A DNA stretch of 62,036 nucleotides, counting the filler, from Choristocarpus tenellus KU-1152 (Eukaryota > Protista > Phaeophyceae), in NCBI GenBank assembly GCA_964200185.2. It is 9 parts of 9 records of this genome, joined end to end, with 100 filler letters (N's around TTAATTAATTAA, not from the genome) between each part and the next. Parts side by side here need not be neighbours in the genome. Positions count along the whole stretch, not along the records: positions 10,846 to 14,654 come from CAXNAD020017805.1; positions 14,755 to 22,545 come from CAXNAD020005573.1; positions 22,646 to 39,147 come from CAXNAD020000817.1; 6 more parts are not named here. One strand, given 5' to 3'. Both the position numbers and the translations under genes were made by a program. Under the pieces are notes generated by a model. The model was not told where the DNA came from. It made no database searches and saw only the letters and a list, made by a program, of their open reading frames with translations. This document shows positions 13,318-27,700 of the stretch, piece by piece. Within the stretch, counting starts at the first letter, position 1. Each line of letters starts with the position of its first letter.

Positions 13318-13851
13318 GATTCAAAGTATCTTAGAGGTTAGGGTCGAGTCTGAGTGAAAGTATCTTAGAGGGTACGCGTTTTGCCCTGCTTCTCCATTTG
13401 AGGCTTGGCTTCCCGTGGGTTTTTTTGTGACACTTTCCTACTCCAAAATGTGTTGGAGTAGTAGGTAAATGTAAATGTTATGAAAAGGTGCGTCCAGAAC
13501 ATGGACATTGATACTTCCTAACACACAATATGACCACAATTATGTCCAAATCGCAATGCTGGATTTTGGCCCCCAAATGGACGCGACTCTACCCTCTAAG
13601 ATACTTTGGCTCTCTGTTTGTTGTCTGTTTGGGGCAAAATCCAATGTTGCGATTTTGATTGATTTTTGGCTGTTGTGTATGTTAGGGAGTGTCAATATCC
13701 TTGTTCCATACACACCTTTTCATAACAACATAAATATTTCACCTACTCTAAAATATTTCGGTGTAGGAAAATGTCTTTTGAAAAAACGTGTGAGGCCAAG
13801 CCCCAAACGGACAAACAGGGCAAAACCGTACCACCTAAGATACTCTCACTC
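13318..13851. mobile_element. MITE family A with a second, inverted family A copy (13352-13612) nested inside it
   Basis: Outer TIRs at 13318 and 13851. Inner GAGTGAAAGTATCT...AGATACTTTGGCTC is flanked by TCT/TCT. Confidence 0.85.
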
Positions 13852-13934
13852 ATCATGTCCGATTCGGTAAGTTTTTGTACTTCAAATACATAGAGGGTTG
13901 GGGTTGTTTTTTGAATAACCCTGGTTACTGTAAA

Positions 13935-14533
13935 TTGGAAACATACAAGATAAATTAAGTATGTGATTGATATCTTCAAGAATACAAATCACTACTGATA
14001 TAATTATACTTTGTAGAAATAGAAATCACGGATATAATCTGATATACAATTTCTGAAAGATGTAACGCACGGATTTTCAGGATTGGTGGGATCTCAGGGT
14101 GGTCCCACCGATCGCCCGAGGATGAAACAAAGTTGATTTAGGAACATTGGAAATGTACCATAATAATTAATTACGTGATTGGTATCTTAAAAAATACAAA
14201 TCACTGATATAATTGGATTTAAAAAAAATAGAAATCACCGAAATAATCTGATTTACAACTTCTGAAAAATGTGACGCACGGATTTTCAAGATCGGTGGGA
14301 TCGAAAGGGTGGTCCCACTGATAGCCCGAGGATCAAACAAAGTTGATTTCGGAACATTGGAAATGTACAATAACAAATAATTATGTGATTGGTATCTTAA
14401 AAAACACAAATCACTGATATAATTGGATTTTTTTAAAATTAGAAAAAACGGAATAATCTGATTTACAACTTCCGAAAAATGTAACGCACGGATTTTCAGG
14501 ATCGGTGGGATCGAAAGGGTGGTCCCACCGATC
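13935..14533. repeat. Tandem repeat, ~210-bp unit x ~3
   Basis: GGTCCCAC at 14101, 14311 and 14521; GTGATT at 13963, 14175 and 14385. Confidence 0.9.
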
Positions 14534-14753
14534 ATGAAAAGGATAAAATAAAGTTCATACGCTCGTCTTCGAACCTAATAACTCCTATACCTTCTCACTG
14601 CCCAAGACCGCCTGTTGCTCGAAAAGACCATGCCAGTTGCTTCCACAGCAAGGGNNNNNNNNNNNNNNNNNNNNNNNNNNNNNNNNNNNNNNNNNNNNTT
14701 AATTAATTAANNNNNNNNNNNNNNNNNNNNNNNNNNNNNNNNNNNNNNNNNNN

Positions 14754-14815
14754 NGAAGCCAAGTCCCAAATGGACAAACAGGGCAAAACTCGTACCCTCT
14801 AAGATACTTTCACTC
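14754..14815. mobile_element. MITE family A 3' end after gap
   Basis: ...CGTACCCTCTAAGATACTTTCACTC. Confidence 0.8.
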
Positions 14816-17058
14816 GATTACCTCCATTGATCATGGAAGAAATTGAGTAAGGGGTGAGGGGATGAGGTGAGCAGAATTGAAATCATGGGTGTAGTGTTAT
14901 TGGAATCATATATGTGTGGTGACATATCCTTATGGTACGAAATAGGGTACGAGTGAACGTACCTCACTAGTTGCTGGACCTACTGTACATGGAATGGTTG
15001 GCCTCGGTCGTTTATTTTAGCTTCCCCCGCAGAACAACTACGGTTAGATGTAGTACTTGGACTGAGCTGAACGAGAACGAAGAGGTCTATGGTCCTTGGA
15101 CCATGGGAGTGTGTCAAATCCGGATCGATAACTTGCTTGGTGTTGTGAAGATACAGGTACAGGGTCTGGGTGCACTATACAATATAGGGAAGCTACTCGC
15201 CCCAACAACATAAATGATATAATTGCATGCAGGTTCCTATTATCAATACTATCAGATCAGTGACGATTGTTGAGGCCACCCCTGTGTTTGGGTCTAGTTT
15301 CTGGCTGTGGTACAGGGCCAGGTCCGGGTCGGAGCACATCCCACAAGTTCTACAGTGTCCATAGCGCTAAACAAAACTCAACAAACAGTACTAGCAATAG
15401 TGCTGAGGATGTGCGCTATAGGCTCTGATCATGTTTGCAGCATTTAAGAAATGTGTATGGGAGAAAGGTTCAAACCTAGGATAAATTTGGTAACACAAGA
15501 AATATTCCCTCTTGAACCACTACCAAATGAAGGTTATAGCAAGACCTCCACACATAAAAATATTGAAGTGAAAGACCAAGGAGAACCCAATCTGATCCAT
15601 TTCAAACGACCGGCAATAGGAGGCAGTGGGCAGCACCAACCTACCCTAGCTTCATTGTACATGTCACCTTCCAACAACACTAAAATTTGGGTCAACAGGT
15701 ATTTCCACAAGGAGGTCCCACAAGACCCACACAGTAGTTCCACAAGGCCGGGTCTGGATGACTATTAGGAGTTCACCCGTAGCACTGTACACTGTACTTG
15801 CGACAAGCGCCTTGCAATCCCTGTAATTGCGTTATGCAAAGTCCTATGTGTTTGTACCAAGATTTTACACTACACTGCGGTAGGCACTTGCACCTACCTT
15901 CTTCCTCTTCCTGTCTTGTCGAATTTGAATTGACCACTCCTTTCCCCTGAGCGAGAAGTACTTGGAGATTAGGTAAGAAGAATGACCCAGTTATAATAGT
16001 ATAAGGAGAAATAGTGGTAGGAGTGGCTAACATACACACGCATACTACTTGCGCATCCCCTACCATGTTGGTTGGTGCCACTGTTTCTCTTTGTTCCCCA
16101 ACCACCCCCTGTCACGTTACCATCATAGCCTATTGTTCAGCAATATATGCAGTACGTACTACTTCATAGAGCAGATCCCTGATTCGTGCATATGTAGTGG
16201 TAGTGTGTTCGTTACCTTTGCCCCCTTATATTTCTTATTTTTCCTACACCACGATCCCTACAGCATGCCAGTGTGTATATATGTCTCAGGCATTAAGCTA
16301 TGTATGTATTCCTAATCCCCAACACTACATAATGACGAAGAGGTAGGTTGTGCTCTGCCCTACTTGATAGGAATAAATTCCAACCCACTTCTCCTCAGAT
16401 TATATCGATTGAAGAACAGAATGCTTCTGCTCCGAACCTAATTACTTGCTTTTGTCATGATCCTGGCGCCTGTCTATACTTTAATGTACTATATACACCA
16501 CTGCGTGACTTAACGTGAGTTATGGCATTCTTGTTGGAGCTGGAATGGAGATGTTTTTTGTTTTGATATGGTAGTAACATGCTGGAATATCATGTATAAC
16601 AACAATAATAATTGACTGTGGGCTACTAAGCGCTTGTTCATCCTGATCAGCCCAGGCATATTTCATTGTTTGTGCTGGGTGATACCATCTTGTCTCACCA
16701 CCGTATTCACCTCCAAAATCCCGTCCTTTCCTCCACCCCTCAGAAATTGCTTAACATGTAGCGCTCGTTTATGGTGCTACTTCCAATTATTTTCATCAAC
16801 CAACAACAAATCATACAAAGAGGTGCCAACCACCAGGCACTGCCCCATATCCTCCACTATTTAGCTGTGGGAACCTTCATATCCTCACCACCCTCAGTTG
16901 TATACCAGCAACCCTTGGTGACCTCCTCTTCCATTTCCAACAAGTGACATGCACCTGCGTTCATCCATTCATTCCTTCCATCATGTTAGCATAGTGACTA
17001 TTTTTTCTCTCACTAGGCATTGCTGAACGTGATGCCCTGATTCTAACAAGGAGTACAT

Positions 17059-17310
17059 GAGGGGTACCCGGAGCCGCATTGTAAGAATGCTGACAAGTAA
17101 AGTATGTCCAGAATTTGACTTTCTTTCCAAATGTGTGTAGGATATTTTCTAAATTGTGTCGAAATGTCTTAAAACATCAGAGGAATCAACAGCGTCAAGC
17201 CAAACTTAGCACCTCCAACCATACAATTACGGGTGAATTACAAAAGATTGAAGAACTGACTTAAAATGCAAAGCGACCAAAACCTGGGTGCCACTCGTTT
17301 ATGTTGACTT
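17059..17310. repeat. Dispersed repeat C, copy 2
   Basis: Homologous to 12398-12660. Confidence 0.65.
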
Positions 17311-18547
17311 AATAAAGATGTTTTTTAAAACCTAAGTAGCAAGTCCTGAAGGTATGTATTACTGATTTCCTCTTCATACTACACCAAATAACACTTATGT
17401 TCAGTTGTGGTAGATTCAATATTTAGGGGTCAGCTCAGTGGTTTGTTCTTAGCGCTCTGAAGTACTAAGTATGTGCATGCGTCACATCACAGGAACAGTG
17501 GTACATAATTCAGAGTACCTGACACAGTGTAGAGTATACCTACCCTGCAGAACAAAAAACCGTACACCCTAACCCTGTTGCCCTTGATAAGCGAGATGCC
17601 AGGGACCTTTGGCTGCGTTTGTAGGGTGATTGTTCTTTGAAATGTTTCCAACTAACTGGACCAGCAAAAGAGAAGGGCCACCCAAATTGTTGTACTTTTT
17701 TTTTTTTAACATAATGAACAAGAAATACGGTTCCTACTCATACCTAAAAAATCTTAATTCTATCCCCCTCAAGAAGCACACACAAGTGTATATCACTCTA
17801 CTGGAAAGACACCTCCATCAATTCAAAGGGTTGAGGAAGCCCCACCACCTGTGAGTAGAATGTGGGTCATCCACCCCAGCAATGAGTTGCGAATTGCTAC
17901 TGACTGCCCGAGAGTCTGCTTCAATGTACCAACAGTGTTATGCCTGTCTACTACAACTTGTCCAAGCTTTTCATGCTTTGCACATGCCATGCAGTTCAAC
18001 ACAAATCAGTGCTGCACTGTTAATTTTTGTAATCAAACCTATCTACTGGCAAATTGTTCTCCTTATACAACCCCCCCTCCCCATCCCCATCCCCCTCCCC
18101 CCCCTACACAAAAACAAAATTTCCTGAAGATTGCACAAAAGTCAACCAATACCACATGTCAACCCTATTGTTATTATGGCTCTTCATCCCTCCTAGGGCA
18201 CCTCTCCAACAATTGCGGCATCACACAGCATCCTTGAGACATGAGCATCTTGCCACAATTCTCTTTTTTGGCCAGTCATGCATGTCCTCTCCATATACCC
18301 ATGGTAAAAGAGTCATACACAGTGGTTGCGAACAACTCCTGCCCAGGTACATCGACAGGGTTAAGCCCGCATCTGGAACAGTCATGTAAAGTCTCAATTC
18401 AGTTTTCTGTCAATACATATTCCGTGTACCTCACAAGCACGCCATGCCAATAGCAACCAAAACCACAACCCATCAGTGAGGGCCAAACAACTCGTGGCAA
18501 CTGACTCTTTCTCCCATCAGGAGGCTAGCCAGAGACACTACTGTCTC

Positions 18548-18548
<1 letters not shown>

Positions 18549-18584
<36 letters not shown>
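18549..18584. repeat. (CA)n microsatellite
   Basis: Direct observation. Confidence 0.95.
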
Positions 18585-18585
<1 letters not shown>

Positions 18586-18879
18586 AACCCCCCACCCCCC
18601 CCCCTGAACAAAGCTGGACACACCCTTACAACCTTACACCCAACACGTACACAAGGAGGAAAAACCTCTCCTCCCATGGCTGCTTGGAGACATCCACCTA
18701 AGCTACCTTGCCATGCGTGGAGAGGTAAGGATTAAACCTTCCACAACAGAAGAAAAAACAGCAGGCCAGTACAATGCCATCCGCTACATGTAGCAACTAC
18801 TAGTTTTTGTTCTCCCTAACCCCTTGCCGGTCAGGCGAATATTATCAGCCTCCTCCACGATGACCGTGTACCCTCTTCA

Positions 18880-21800
18880 TCAGGCCATGGTAGCCATGTC
18901 TTGCACGCCCAACACAACTGCTTCAGAGTCCATCATTCCTCCCTCCTTCTTCTCGTCAGCGCTTCCCACGGTTCCCATGCAGCAGCACACAGCAGCCTGG
19001 GCCACAGTTTCAGCACTGAGAGGCTGCGTCCAGACCACATCAGCCAGGGGGAGTCCAGAGGCTGTACACGTACGCAGTGGGGGTGAACGAGGAATTTTTT
19101 TTTTTAAACATTCAGGTAATTAAGAAGGGGTTTCTAAATTATGCGCGTTGGGGATAGTGCAAAGGTAAAAATAAAAAATACTAACGAGAAGGTACTTGGG
19201 CGAACAGTATCGTTTTTTGTCCTCCTCGTCTCACTTCTCCTTTATTACTGTGACAATTAGTACTACACCTCCGCAATGAAACTGTCAGAGTGCACTGTAC
19301 ACCACTGGGTGGTATAAATCAACACACAAATTAGTACCAAAAAAAAGAAGAAAACTAAAAACAAAGTGAGCTTGCAGAAAGTATCGCTGTTCCGAAAACC
19401 CTTGTTCTTCCACATAAGGTGGTGGCCAAGTCATCATGCAGAGGGGGGTCACAACCAGATTCCTTGACAAAAAAAATGTGTAGGGGGTGGTGGGGGCAGA
19501 TGCTTCCAATGGACACACGGCCTGCCAACCACAGCCTTGCCATGGTCCCAAACAACCAACGCCTCCGCAACCACACCTACAAAATCCCTGCCAAGCAAAA
19601 GGACTGTGCGAAGAGACAAGTACCGACATGGGGATAATTGAATCTCTCATTCAAAGTCTTGTGGCTGGATGCTTTCAATGACCCCCCAAATGTCCTCCAC
19701 AGCTTTATCAAGGAAGGGGAAATTCAAGAGGGAGAGTCACTAGTAGGGTCAACTCGCCAAAGATGTTTTACAGGTGAGTTCAGGACCTACCTACCTGCAG
19801 CCCCCACCCCATGATTGTCTCCCGCCACAAGCACTCCTCCGGGGGTTTCAAATCGCGCCACTCTATTGGGCAGGGTGTGTGTGCCCTAACGGCGGTTAAA
19901 GTCTACCTGACCTTCTAGACACAAAAAAGGAGTACCTTTTTTTGTTGTTTTTTCATACTTTTTTTTTAGTATAGAACTTTATTCCGGCCTAAGGAGTCGG
20001 TTGACCAACGGACAGGTTTATATCTGGTCAACAACTACCCAGTAATTGAGTCTTGCAACCCCGATTCCGATTGAGGGCATCGAGACGCATACGCCATTTA
20101 GTTGAGAAAAACATACAATTCTGGTGGAGTACGATAGCAGAAAATTGAAATAATTGAGGTGATTGAAAAGGTTTGCTTTGGTAGAGGCTTTAAACAACAC
20201 AGAACTAGACCACCAATCTCCCTATTTGAGGCCAGTTATGGACAGGCAGAACACCTGAGAGAGATGCCATATATTTTGTCAAAATCTCAGGCAAATCCTT
20301 CTCCTACAGAAAAAAATTGGGGCGCACAAGCATTTGCTTTGAACAACAGCTCTTAGTCGCTCTGGGTCCTTCTGTAGTGACCTGTGGCCAGACCCCTTAG
20401 AGCTCTGGAACTCGAGGGTGAACTCTATCCCGTCTGATCTGTGCACATCCCTCTTGATGGGGTACACGCTGTGTAAGATTGACTATCACATATGGATCTA
20501 TAACTGGAGATGGGTGATGTTAACTCATCACTTGGCAAATCAGGTCAATTTCAATCAGTGTGACATCCTCTCGGGTAAACATCATGTCATCTCGGAACAA
20601 TTATGACAAAAACAAAAAAGTCACTACATTAAAAAAAAAAAATTCATAAAAAAACGGATTTGGAACCCTCTCATCGGGGCCCCGCCATTGTGGTCCTGCT
20701 ACACACACAGTGCTCTAAAAATGTCAGGAGTCATTGCCTAGCCCTCTCTGTTGGGACTTGCATGTTTGCCTGGGCTTCGTAAAAACTACTTGTGGAAAAA
20801 GGCCCCCAATCCCTCCCATGATACATACGTTACTCACCCGTCCATCATGTTTGAGTCAGGAATAGAATAGCATTTTGCTTGGGGCATAGGGGAAAAATGT
20901 GGGGTTTGCAGTTACATTACAGTTACGTTACAGTTACATTACAGTTACGGAAAAACACAGCTAGGAACAGGAAGCTGGGTGCGGACCCTCACATGCAATC
21001 CGTTTGACAACATTGAGAGAGGTCAGTCTTGCCAACGGTCCCCCCAATCGCTGCAAGGGAAGTGATAGCTTCCTGCTCCTTCCATTAGGCCCCTTGAGGT
21101 TCACCTCACGCTCTCCATAGATAAAAGCAGGCCTTAGGATGAAGCCCTGTGCAGTCAGTTAGGCATATATGCCCATTAAAATATACATAAGAGATGTGTG
21201 TGAGCGTGTGTGGGAAGGGGGGGTTAGAGGGTTCCAGGGGCTAGAATACAGAACAAAAAGGGTTTTGCTTGGACTGTCAATACTTGTAGCACCCAGAACT
21301 CCCCTCCTCACTCCTACCTTGCTCCCAAATAGCTCCCCAACCAACTTCTCTGTCCGGCGTTTCCCCTCAAAGTACGCAACACGCTTCACAAAGCCCGGCA
21401 CCTTGAAGTCATGCACAGACACAAACACAAATTGCTTCACACCTGCATCTCTTGCCGCCTGACAGTTTTGCACAAAACCTGGGCGGCGTAAGCACATGCA
21501 CTGCAGAGCTTGTGGGACTGAAAGACCTTGTGTCTGTGCGTATGTGTGTGTGTATGCGTATCTAAGACTTGAGCAGTCAGAAACTGTCTTTACTACATGC
21601 ACATAAAACAGGACCATACCTGAGTACACATCGTCACCTCTTCGAGCACTGCCAAAGGAAACAGTCCTGTGAAACTACTCTCCGGGCACTTCCCAAGCCC
21701 CCCCTTCTTCCCTATTGCCAATCTGAGAGGGGTTTCTAAATTTTAAGAAAAAGGAAAAAGAAGGTGTACCTACACCAGTACCAAATCTACTTGCCACAAA

Positions 21801-22074
21801 ACCGATCTTTCTAGAACACCTACTCACACGTACACAACGACCAGTAGTGACTCAACCAAAAAACGGTCACCTATCCTCTCCCGCGAGCCCATCATAGTAT
21901 CTTCCCCCTCCCACCCCAGCCTTTTTTAAAATTAAATCATGTCCTAACCTCAGCAACCTTGATGTTGGCCTCCCCATTGACCAGCTCCATGTAGGCGTCT
22001 GTCCTTCCGAACCCTCCGATGCAAGAGACCGCTGTGTCGGACTGACGAAGGGCGGCCCTGTAGCACTCCTGGTC
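18880..22074 (-). CDS. Atypical SDR / NAD(P)-binding Rossmann protein (At1g32220/Coq11-like), 3' exons
   Basis: Exons 22074-21949 (AVSCIGGFG...VNGEANIKVAE), 21458-21318 (AARDAGVKQFVFVSVHDF...YFEGKRRTE), 21146-20993 (GFILRPAFIYGER) and 19023-18880 (PLSAETVAQAAV...stop). One small linking exon is unresolved. The N-terminal GGxGFxG exon was not found and may lie in the 22546-22645 gap. Confidence 0.85.
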
Positions 22075-22669
22075 CTGCACCAATAAAAAAACAAAAAAAG
22101 GTGACAAAATGACAGAACAAAAAATATGGAAGGCGATAGGCAGGTCACTCAAACATAGCAGGTGACATCAAAACGAAAAACCTTCTCCTGGCTGGGAAAA
22201 ACAGAAGATTGGGATCTGAAACAGAAGTACAAGAAGAAATATCAGGACCTGATCGGAGAGGGCAGGCGAGGCAAGGGTGTGTCGGAGAGCTTTACCTGAT
22301 AATAACGCATTTGTATATATAGAAACCCACAGGTGCTACGTGCCAACGTGTCCATACTTGTGGTTAGAGCTCAGTTGACCTTTTGGCAATGGTGCGAACA
22401 CATGTGTGTGTGTGTGTGCGCACTCAAGTGTTCAAGAATACATGGCATACACATGAAATACACATTCTTGAAAAAAAAAAAGACCAAGAAAGTGACCCCC
22501 CTCCCCCACCCCTCTTAGTAAAAAACCACAGAAAATGGACGCTCTNNNNNNNNNNNNNNNNNNNNNNNNNNNNNNNNNNNNNNNNNNNNTTAATTAATTA
22601 ANNNNNNNNNNNNNNNNNNNNNNNNNNNNNNNNNNNNNNNNNNNNCCCTCCTCAAGATCCCCCCTCACC

Positions 22670-25600
22670 TGTACAAGCCTGCCTCAACAGCAAGGGTCAC
22701 ATACCGTACAGCACATGCATAGCAAAAACCTGCACACTCTGCCATCCTAGAGTCAGATACGCGATGAAGTTGTTGATCAGAGAGAGCAGGAGGAATCGGG
22801 GAATTGACTTGGAGTGGACACTGTAGCAATACATCAGGACTTTTCATCAGACTGGACAGCAATCATGGTCATTGGTCAAACTGTATATAGCCCCAGCCAT
22901 GTTGAGATAGTTGGTGGCCACGAGTCAAACGTATTTCAACAGGAAAGGACACGGTCAACAAACGTCAGCCTGCCCAGATCGAAATCCATCCCAAATTATC
23001 CCAAATATATGTAGGAATACACAAGTTTTTTTTCATTTATTTTCCCTCACTCATTCCCTCCTCTATGTGTTAAGATAAATCGGAATCAGACCGCACCTAC
23101 TCTGATTTATCTTAATACTGTTGACAATTTAATGCGGTCACTGGCTGGAGGGCCTGTGCCCGGGGTCCAGATACAATCTCTGACAGCCATGGTTCGGCCA
23201 CATCCAAAAATATTTGAACCTGGCTAACTTATGTACTGGACAGGTTGAAATACTTGGTCAACCTGGTCCGGACATGTCAGAAAATATTGGACACAGTCCA
23301 GCCTGTGGACTGGACAGATTCCAATTCTTGGTGAACCTGGTCTCATCATCTAAGAAAACATAGGTCCCTTTTGCATTTGCCCAGCCTGATGAAAAGCCCT
23401 GCAAAATATAATACTCAACTTAACAGTGCAATGCAACAAGAGGGTATGCAAGTCTCTCCAAGAAGCACTACAGAGCACAACTTCAAGGCTAAGGTCTGTT
23501 CCTATTGGTAAGAAGAATTTATCTCATCTTTTTTTCAAAATTTGGCAACATATTGTAAAATAAAAATAAAGTTGGCAACACAGTCATTTTTTTTTTTCTG
23601 TAAAAGATCGGAATATGTCATGCTGCGGTGTGGTAAAAAAATGTCTTTATGATGAGATAAGAATGGTCCTAACGGATGAGGGCTGGTCTTACAAATAACC
23701 CTGGGTTTCAATGAAAATTATCGCCTGCAAGTGGTAACATTTCGTCGATCAGGTGTATGTAGAGACGGTCTTCTGTGAGGGCAAAAAATGTCCTCACTCC
23801 AGCAGACAATCGCACTCTAAAGATAGAAGCAAGCCGCTGCAAGATTAGGCAAAGGTTGATTAACATCACTTCAAGTGCTATATTCTTTGAAGATTGGGTG
23901 TTACGATCCAAATGAACGACAATCAACAGATGTGAACAAATTAATAATATGCCATGAACCATACATACACTCTGCTCCGTATCAATAGCTGTTTCAGCTC
24001 ACAAAACACGAAAGGATTGATTAACAATAATGACGCCTCCCTCAAAGCTGGTCTCACACAGCGGAAAGCAGATGAATCGTGAATAGAACAACAAACACAT
24101 TCAAAGCATATCACTCGTTCAATGGTCTGGCATTACATTCAAGCATACCTGCTTTGACACAGAGGGCGGCATATTTCATGTGGCATCCTGTCCTCTAGGC
24201 ACATCCAGCAGCTGATAATCGGTGATTCCTGCACAGACTCCCCTGCCATGGAGCCTGTCGCTCCATCTTTGGCTTCTTCTACCCCTGCAGTGGGCTTGAC
24301 AAGGGCGCCATCCTCTTCTATACCTCCGTAAGTCTCAGCATCCAGGCTGGCAAGCACCATTTCCAAGGTGTGTGCATCATCATGGAGAAGGCAAGCTTTT
24401 GCTTCCTCAACCTTGGGGAATAAGGGGAAGGCGGAAAGGAGGGGGATGATGAAGGTTGGAACCCTGTGACAACAGTGAAGTACAAGTGCTACTGAGACCA
24501 ACCCTACAAACAATTAATTTGGGGTGTAAGAAAATAATTTGAAGAGTTGAGAAGACACAAAGGAGGAACCATTTTGCTATATGCTTACCTGCAATGAGTA
24601 CATAACAACGTGGGGCATGACTTCTTCTGTCCTGAGGGGTTACCTTGTCCCATGCACCTCAAATGCCAGCCCCTAATCAGTAGCTATCTCAGGAGTTGCA
24701 TTGAACAGCCTGTCATGACCAACTTCAGCACCAGTTGAACTGAGAATTCCAATAGCCTACAAAGGAGCCCTGGAAATAGACTGCCAGTAAACCCTATAAG
24801 CATAGGAGGGACAGCAGCACCTACCACAAGCTCGTGTTGTAGGCCACAACACTCTCTGTCCACATCATCACATCCATTCCCCCCCTACACTCAGGGCACA
24901 CAATTATTGATTACACAATACAAAAACAGACACTGAAGTATATAGCACCTTCCTTGCTATTATTATCTTGAGCACAAGGTCACCAACTTCAGAATGGAAC
25001 CTGGCATGAGCTGCCCCTCTTGAAAAAGGGTTGCTCACTTGAACCACTTGCTATAGCCATCAAATCAAAAACCCAAAGCTCACTGGGTGGGGGAGTATTT
25101 TCCAGCTTACACGGTTTTATTGCATGCAATGCTCTTATTGGCATCTTAACTACTCTTGTTATTTGGCAGTGGTTCATAACTACCACCCAGTAAGGTATGA
25201 TCACTATAGCTAGAGAGGGCACACCACCCTGGAACACTTTACACAGCCTGTTACAAAACCACAGAGGGGTATTTTGTACGATAGCAAGGGAGATAGCTAT
25301 GGAAGTACATATGAAACTGTCAATAGAAACAATTAAAAGGTCAGTGGTCTAACCCCAAACCTAACCTCTGAGCTGAAGGAGTGCAGTGCATGCTCCTCAC
25401 TGGTGATGCGCAAAAGGGTCATGTCAGTGAACACTTGCCGTCCTTCCATGGCGTGTGTTTGGCGTGCTTGTCTGCTCCTCCGAAGAGATTCATCTATCTG
25501 TGTGCATTGGTTGTCAGAAGGAGGTAAGGACAGTGAGACGAGGACAGGTAGAACAGACAGATGTACTAAAAATACCTCCCTCTCTCTGTTACACCCACCT

Positions 25601-27700
25601 ACAAATCCTAAGGCCTTCAAGTACACTCATCAGGCAAAGTATTGAGAATGCACAGAAGGGATTGGAGCTAGGGTTAAGACTATGAGAACATCGAGGCATA
25701 CAATTCAATCATGAACAGACTACTGCAATTGGAGAGGAGGGGAAGATACTAGGAATGAAAACCCTTGTCTACTCTGAAAACAAAATCAGAGATAAATGTA
25801 TCCTACAGAAGCAGACACAAAAAGGAGGTACTGCTAAGTTTCCCCCAAATATTTTGCAGTATACATCGGAAAGCACAACATATTTATGAACAAAAAAAAA
25901 ACTCAGAGTGTACGTAGTAAGCAGATTTTCAAAACAACACACAAGCATAAATCACTCCCCAAAAAATAGTTCAAGGAAGATTCATGCTTTCCCTCTTACT
26001 CCTGCTATTCTGTTGGTGCATTGGTCAACTTTTGTGTCGTGAGTAATTCCTTGAAAGCACAACAAATTTTTAAAAAAATGTATTTTGATGGGAACCATCA
26101 CCATCTCCATGTATATTATTGGGTAGCCATAACTGTCTTGCATTGTGGACTATCATGACGAAGGTAACAGCATATGACAGAGGTAATCCAGTGGGGATAA
26201 GTACATGAATGAATAAGCTTTTTGGCAAAAAAAAATAGAGCACGTTCCAATCACAACTAAACAAATGAAGGGGTAACAACCCATGAATAACCCACCTCCT
26301 ATACACCACAATATTCGGTTTCCGAAAGGAAAAATGTGTTGAATCCTCACCTCAACTTGGCAGCTTATAGCTCTTTCCATCATCAGGGGTTTACAAAAGG
26401 GTACCCCACTAGCACACACATCTTCAATGCCGAACGTCGGGGGGGCAGAAACCCCCCTTTCCATCGCCATAGGCTCCGCGTGTGATTCCTGTACAGGGTT
26501 TGAGAGGGCAGGACATGGACTAAAACAATGTAATGATGCAAGGCAAAACGATAGTTGGACTATTGGTTGAGACATGACATGAGGATGGAGATATTTTTTC
26601 AAGCTGTGAAGATGCACAGTACAGTAGTGTAGTCGGAAACACTTCAAAACTTGCTGGGAGGTACAAAAAAAAGGGAACACTCTTACTCTAGACAATGGAC
26701 GTTAACTCACAATAACATTGCCGGATTGCAATAAGAGTTCACAAGTGAACAAGTCCATCAATATGTCCAAGTATATGTACGTCCTTAATGGGGGTTGTAT
26801 CTCAATCCTCATGCCCACCTTGTGGACCCCTAGAGCATTGGTTTTCTTGGTAGGGGCGTCTTGTAACACTCCATTAGACGAATTGCCCTCCATCAGGCCT
26901 TCAAGGATTCGACATACCAAATTCAATCGTGCCAATAGTGGGGTAGGAGGTGCAGCCACAGGGAAGGTCATCTGGTAGGTAAACATGGGGACACAGTTTA
27001 TGTTGATGGGGGTGGAGTAAGTTGTCAGGGGTAAGAGTGTCATGGTGGAAAGAGGGAGAAGGCATGCAAAGAAAAGATAAGGACAGTTCGTTACCCCTTG
27101 GTATCGTGTGGATTACCAGAGACCCTGAGGATGAATAGTACGCGATATGCTATTGGAGTCTGCCCCAAGAATCACCAGGGCAAGGAGGTCTCGAGCGAGG
27201 CCCAACGCCGTCTTGCCCCCATGGTCAACAGCGTTGGGATCTGGACAGAATACTAGCAGCTCGCGAAGCATTCGCACATTAGCGCGTGAGGCCGCAACAT
27301 GTATCAAATTCCGACCAGATGAAGGGGACCTGGAGTCAATCAAAACCTGTGCCAGTAGAAGAACAGAACACCGAGAGTTTAAAAGGTCCAAGGTTAGAGT
27401 AGGCTCAACCTTCGAACTCGTAGGGGTTGTTCTTGAGTTCTGGAGCTTGACTCAGAAGGATTGCATTGAACAGTAACTGCTAAGACTTCCATCGATATGG
27501 TGATATGGTTATCTGGTAGTGAATTGCGTGAGGCACGTATCCATACTCTCCATAATGTGTATGTTTCACTATCACCTGCCCTGATTGGAGTGCTGTCACC
27601 ACAGTAGGGATATCCCCACTGTACGCAGCAGTGAACAAATCATCCAAGATGACAATCCTTTCAACACGAGGGGCATCTCCAACAATCAGGGAACCCGAGC
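22670..27700 (-). CDS. Ankyrin-repeat plus RING/RBR-like zinc-finger protein (incomplete model)
   Basis: Ankyrin exons (DDLFTAAYSGDIPTVVTALQSG; GRNLIHVAASRANVRMLRELL...DPNAVDHGGKTAL). Splicing the exon at ~24412-24148 to the exon at ~22747-22670 in phase gives CWMCLED...CRPLCQSRMAECAGFCYACAVRYV, a RING1-like Cys pattern. Further exon-like frames lie at ~26.8-26.97, 26.35-26.5 and 25.37-25.5 kb. Confidence 0.65.

Noticed and set aside
13935-14533. CRISPR-like array
   Set aside because: The whole 210-bp unit repeats, there are no unique spacers or cas genes, and the context is eukaryotic.
23070-23115. Short hairpin TAAGATAAATCGGA...TCTGATTTATCTTA
   Set aside because: Single small intronic inverted repeat, likely a TE remnant, with no further support.
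18880-27700. Apparent fusion of the ankyrin-RING gene with the SDR gene (same strand, adjacent)
   Set aside because: They are separated by an assembly gap (22546-22645) that probably hides the end of one gene and the start of the other.
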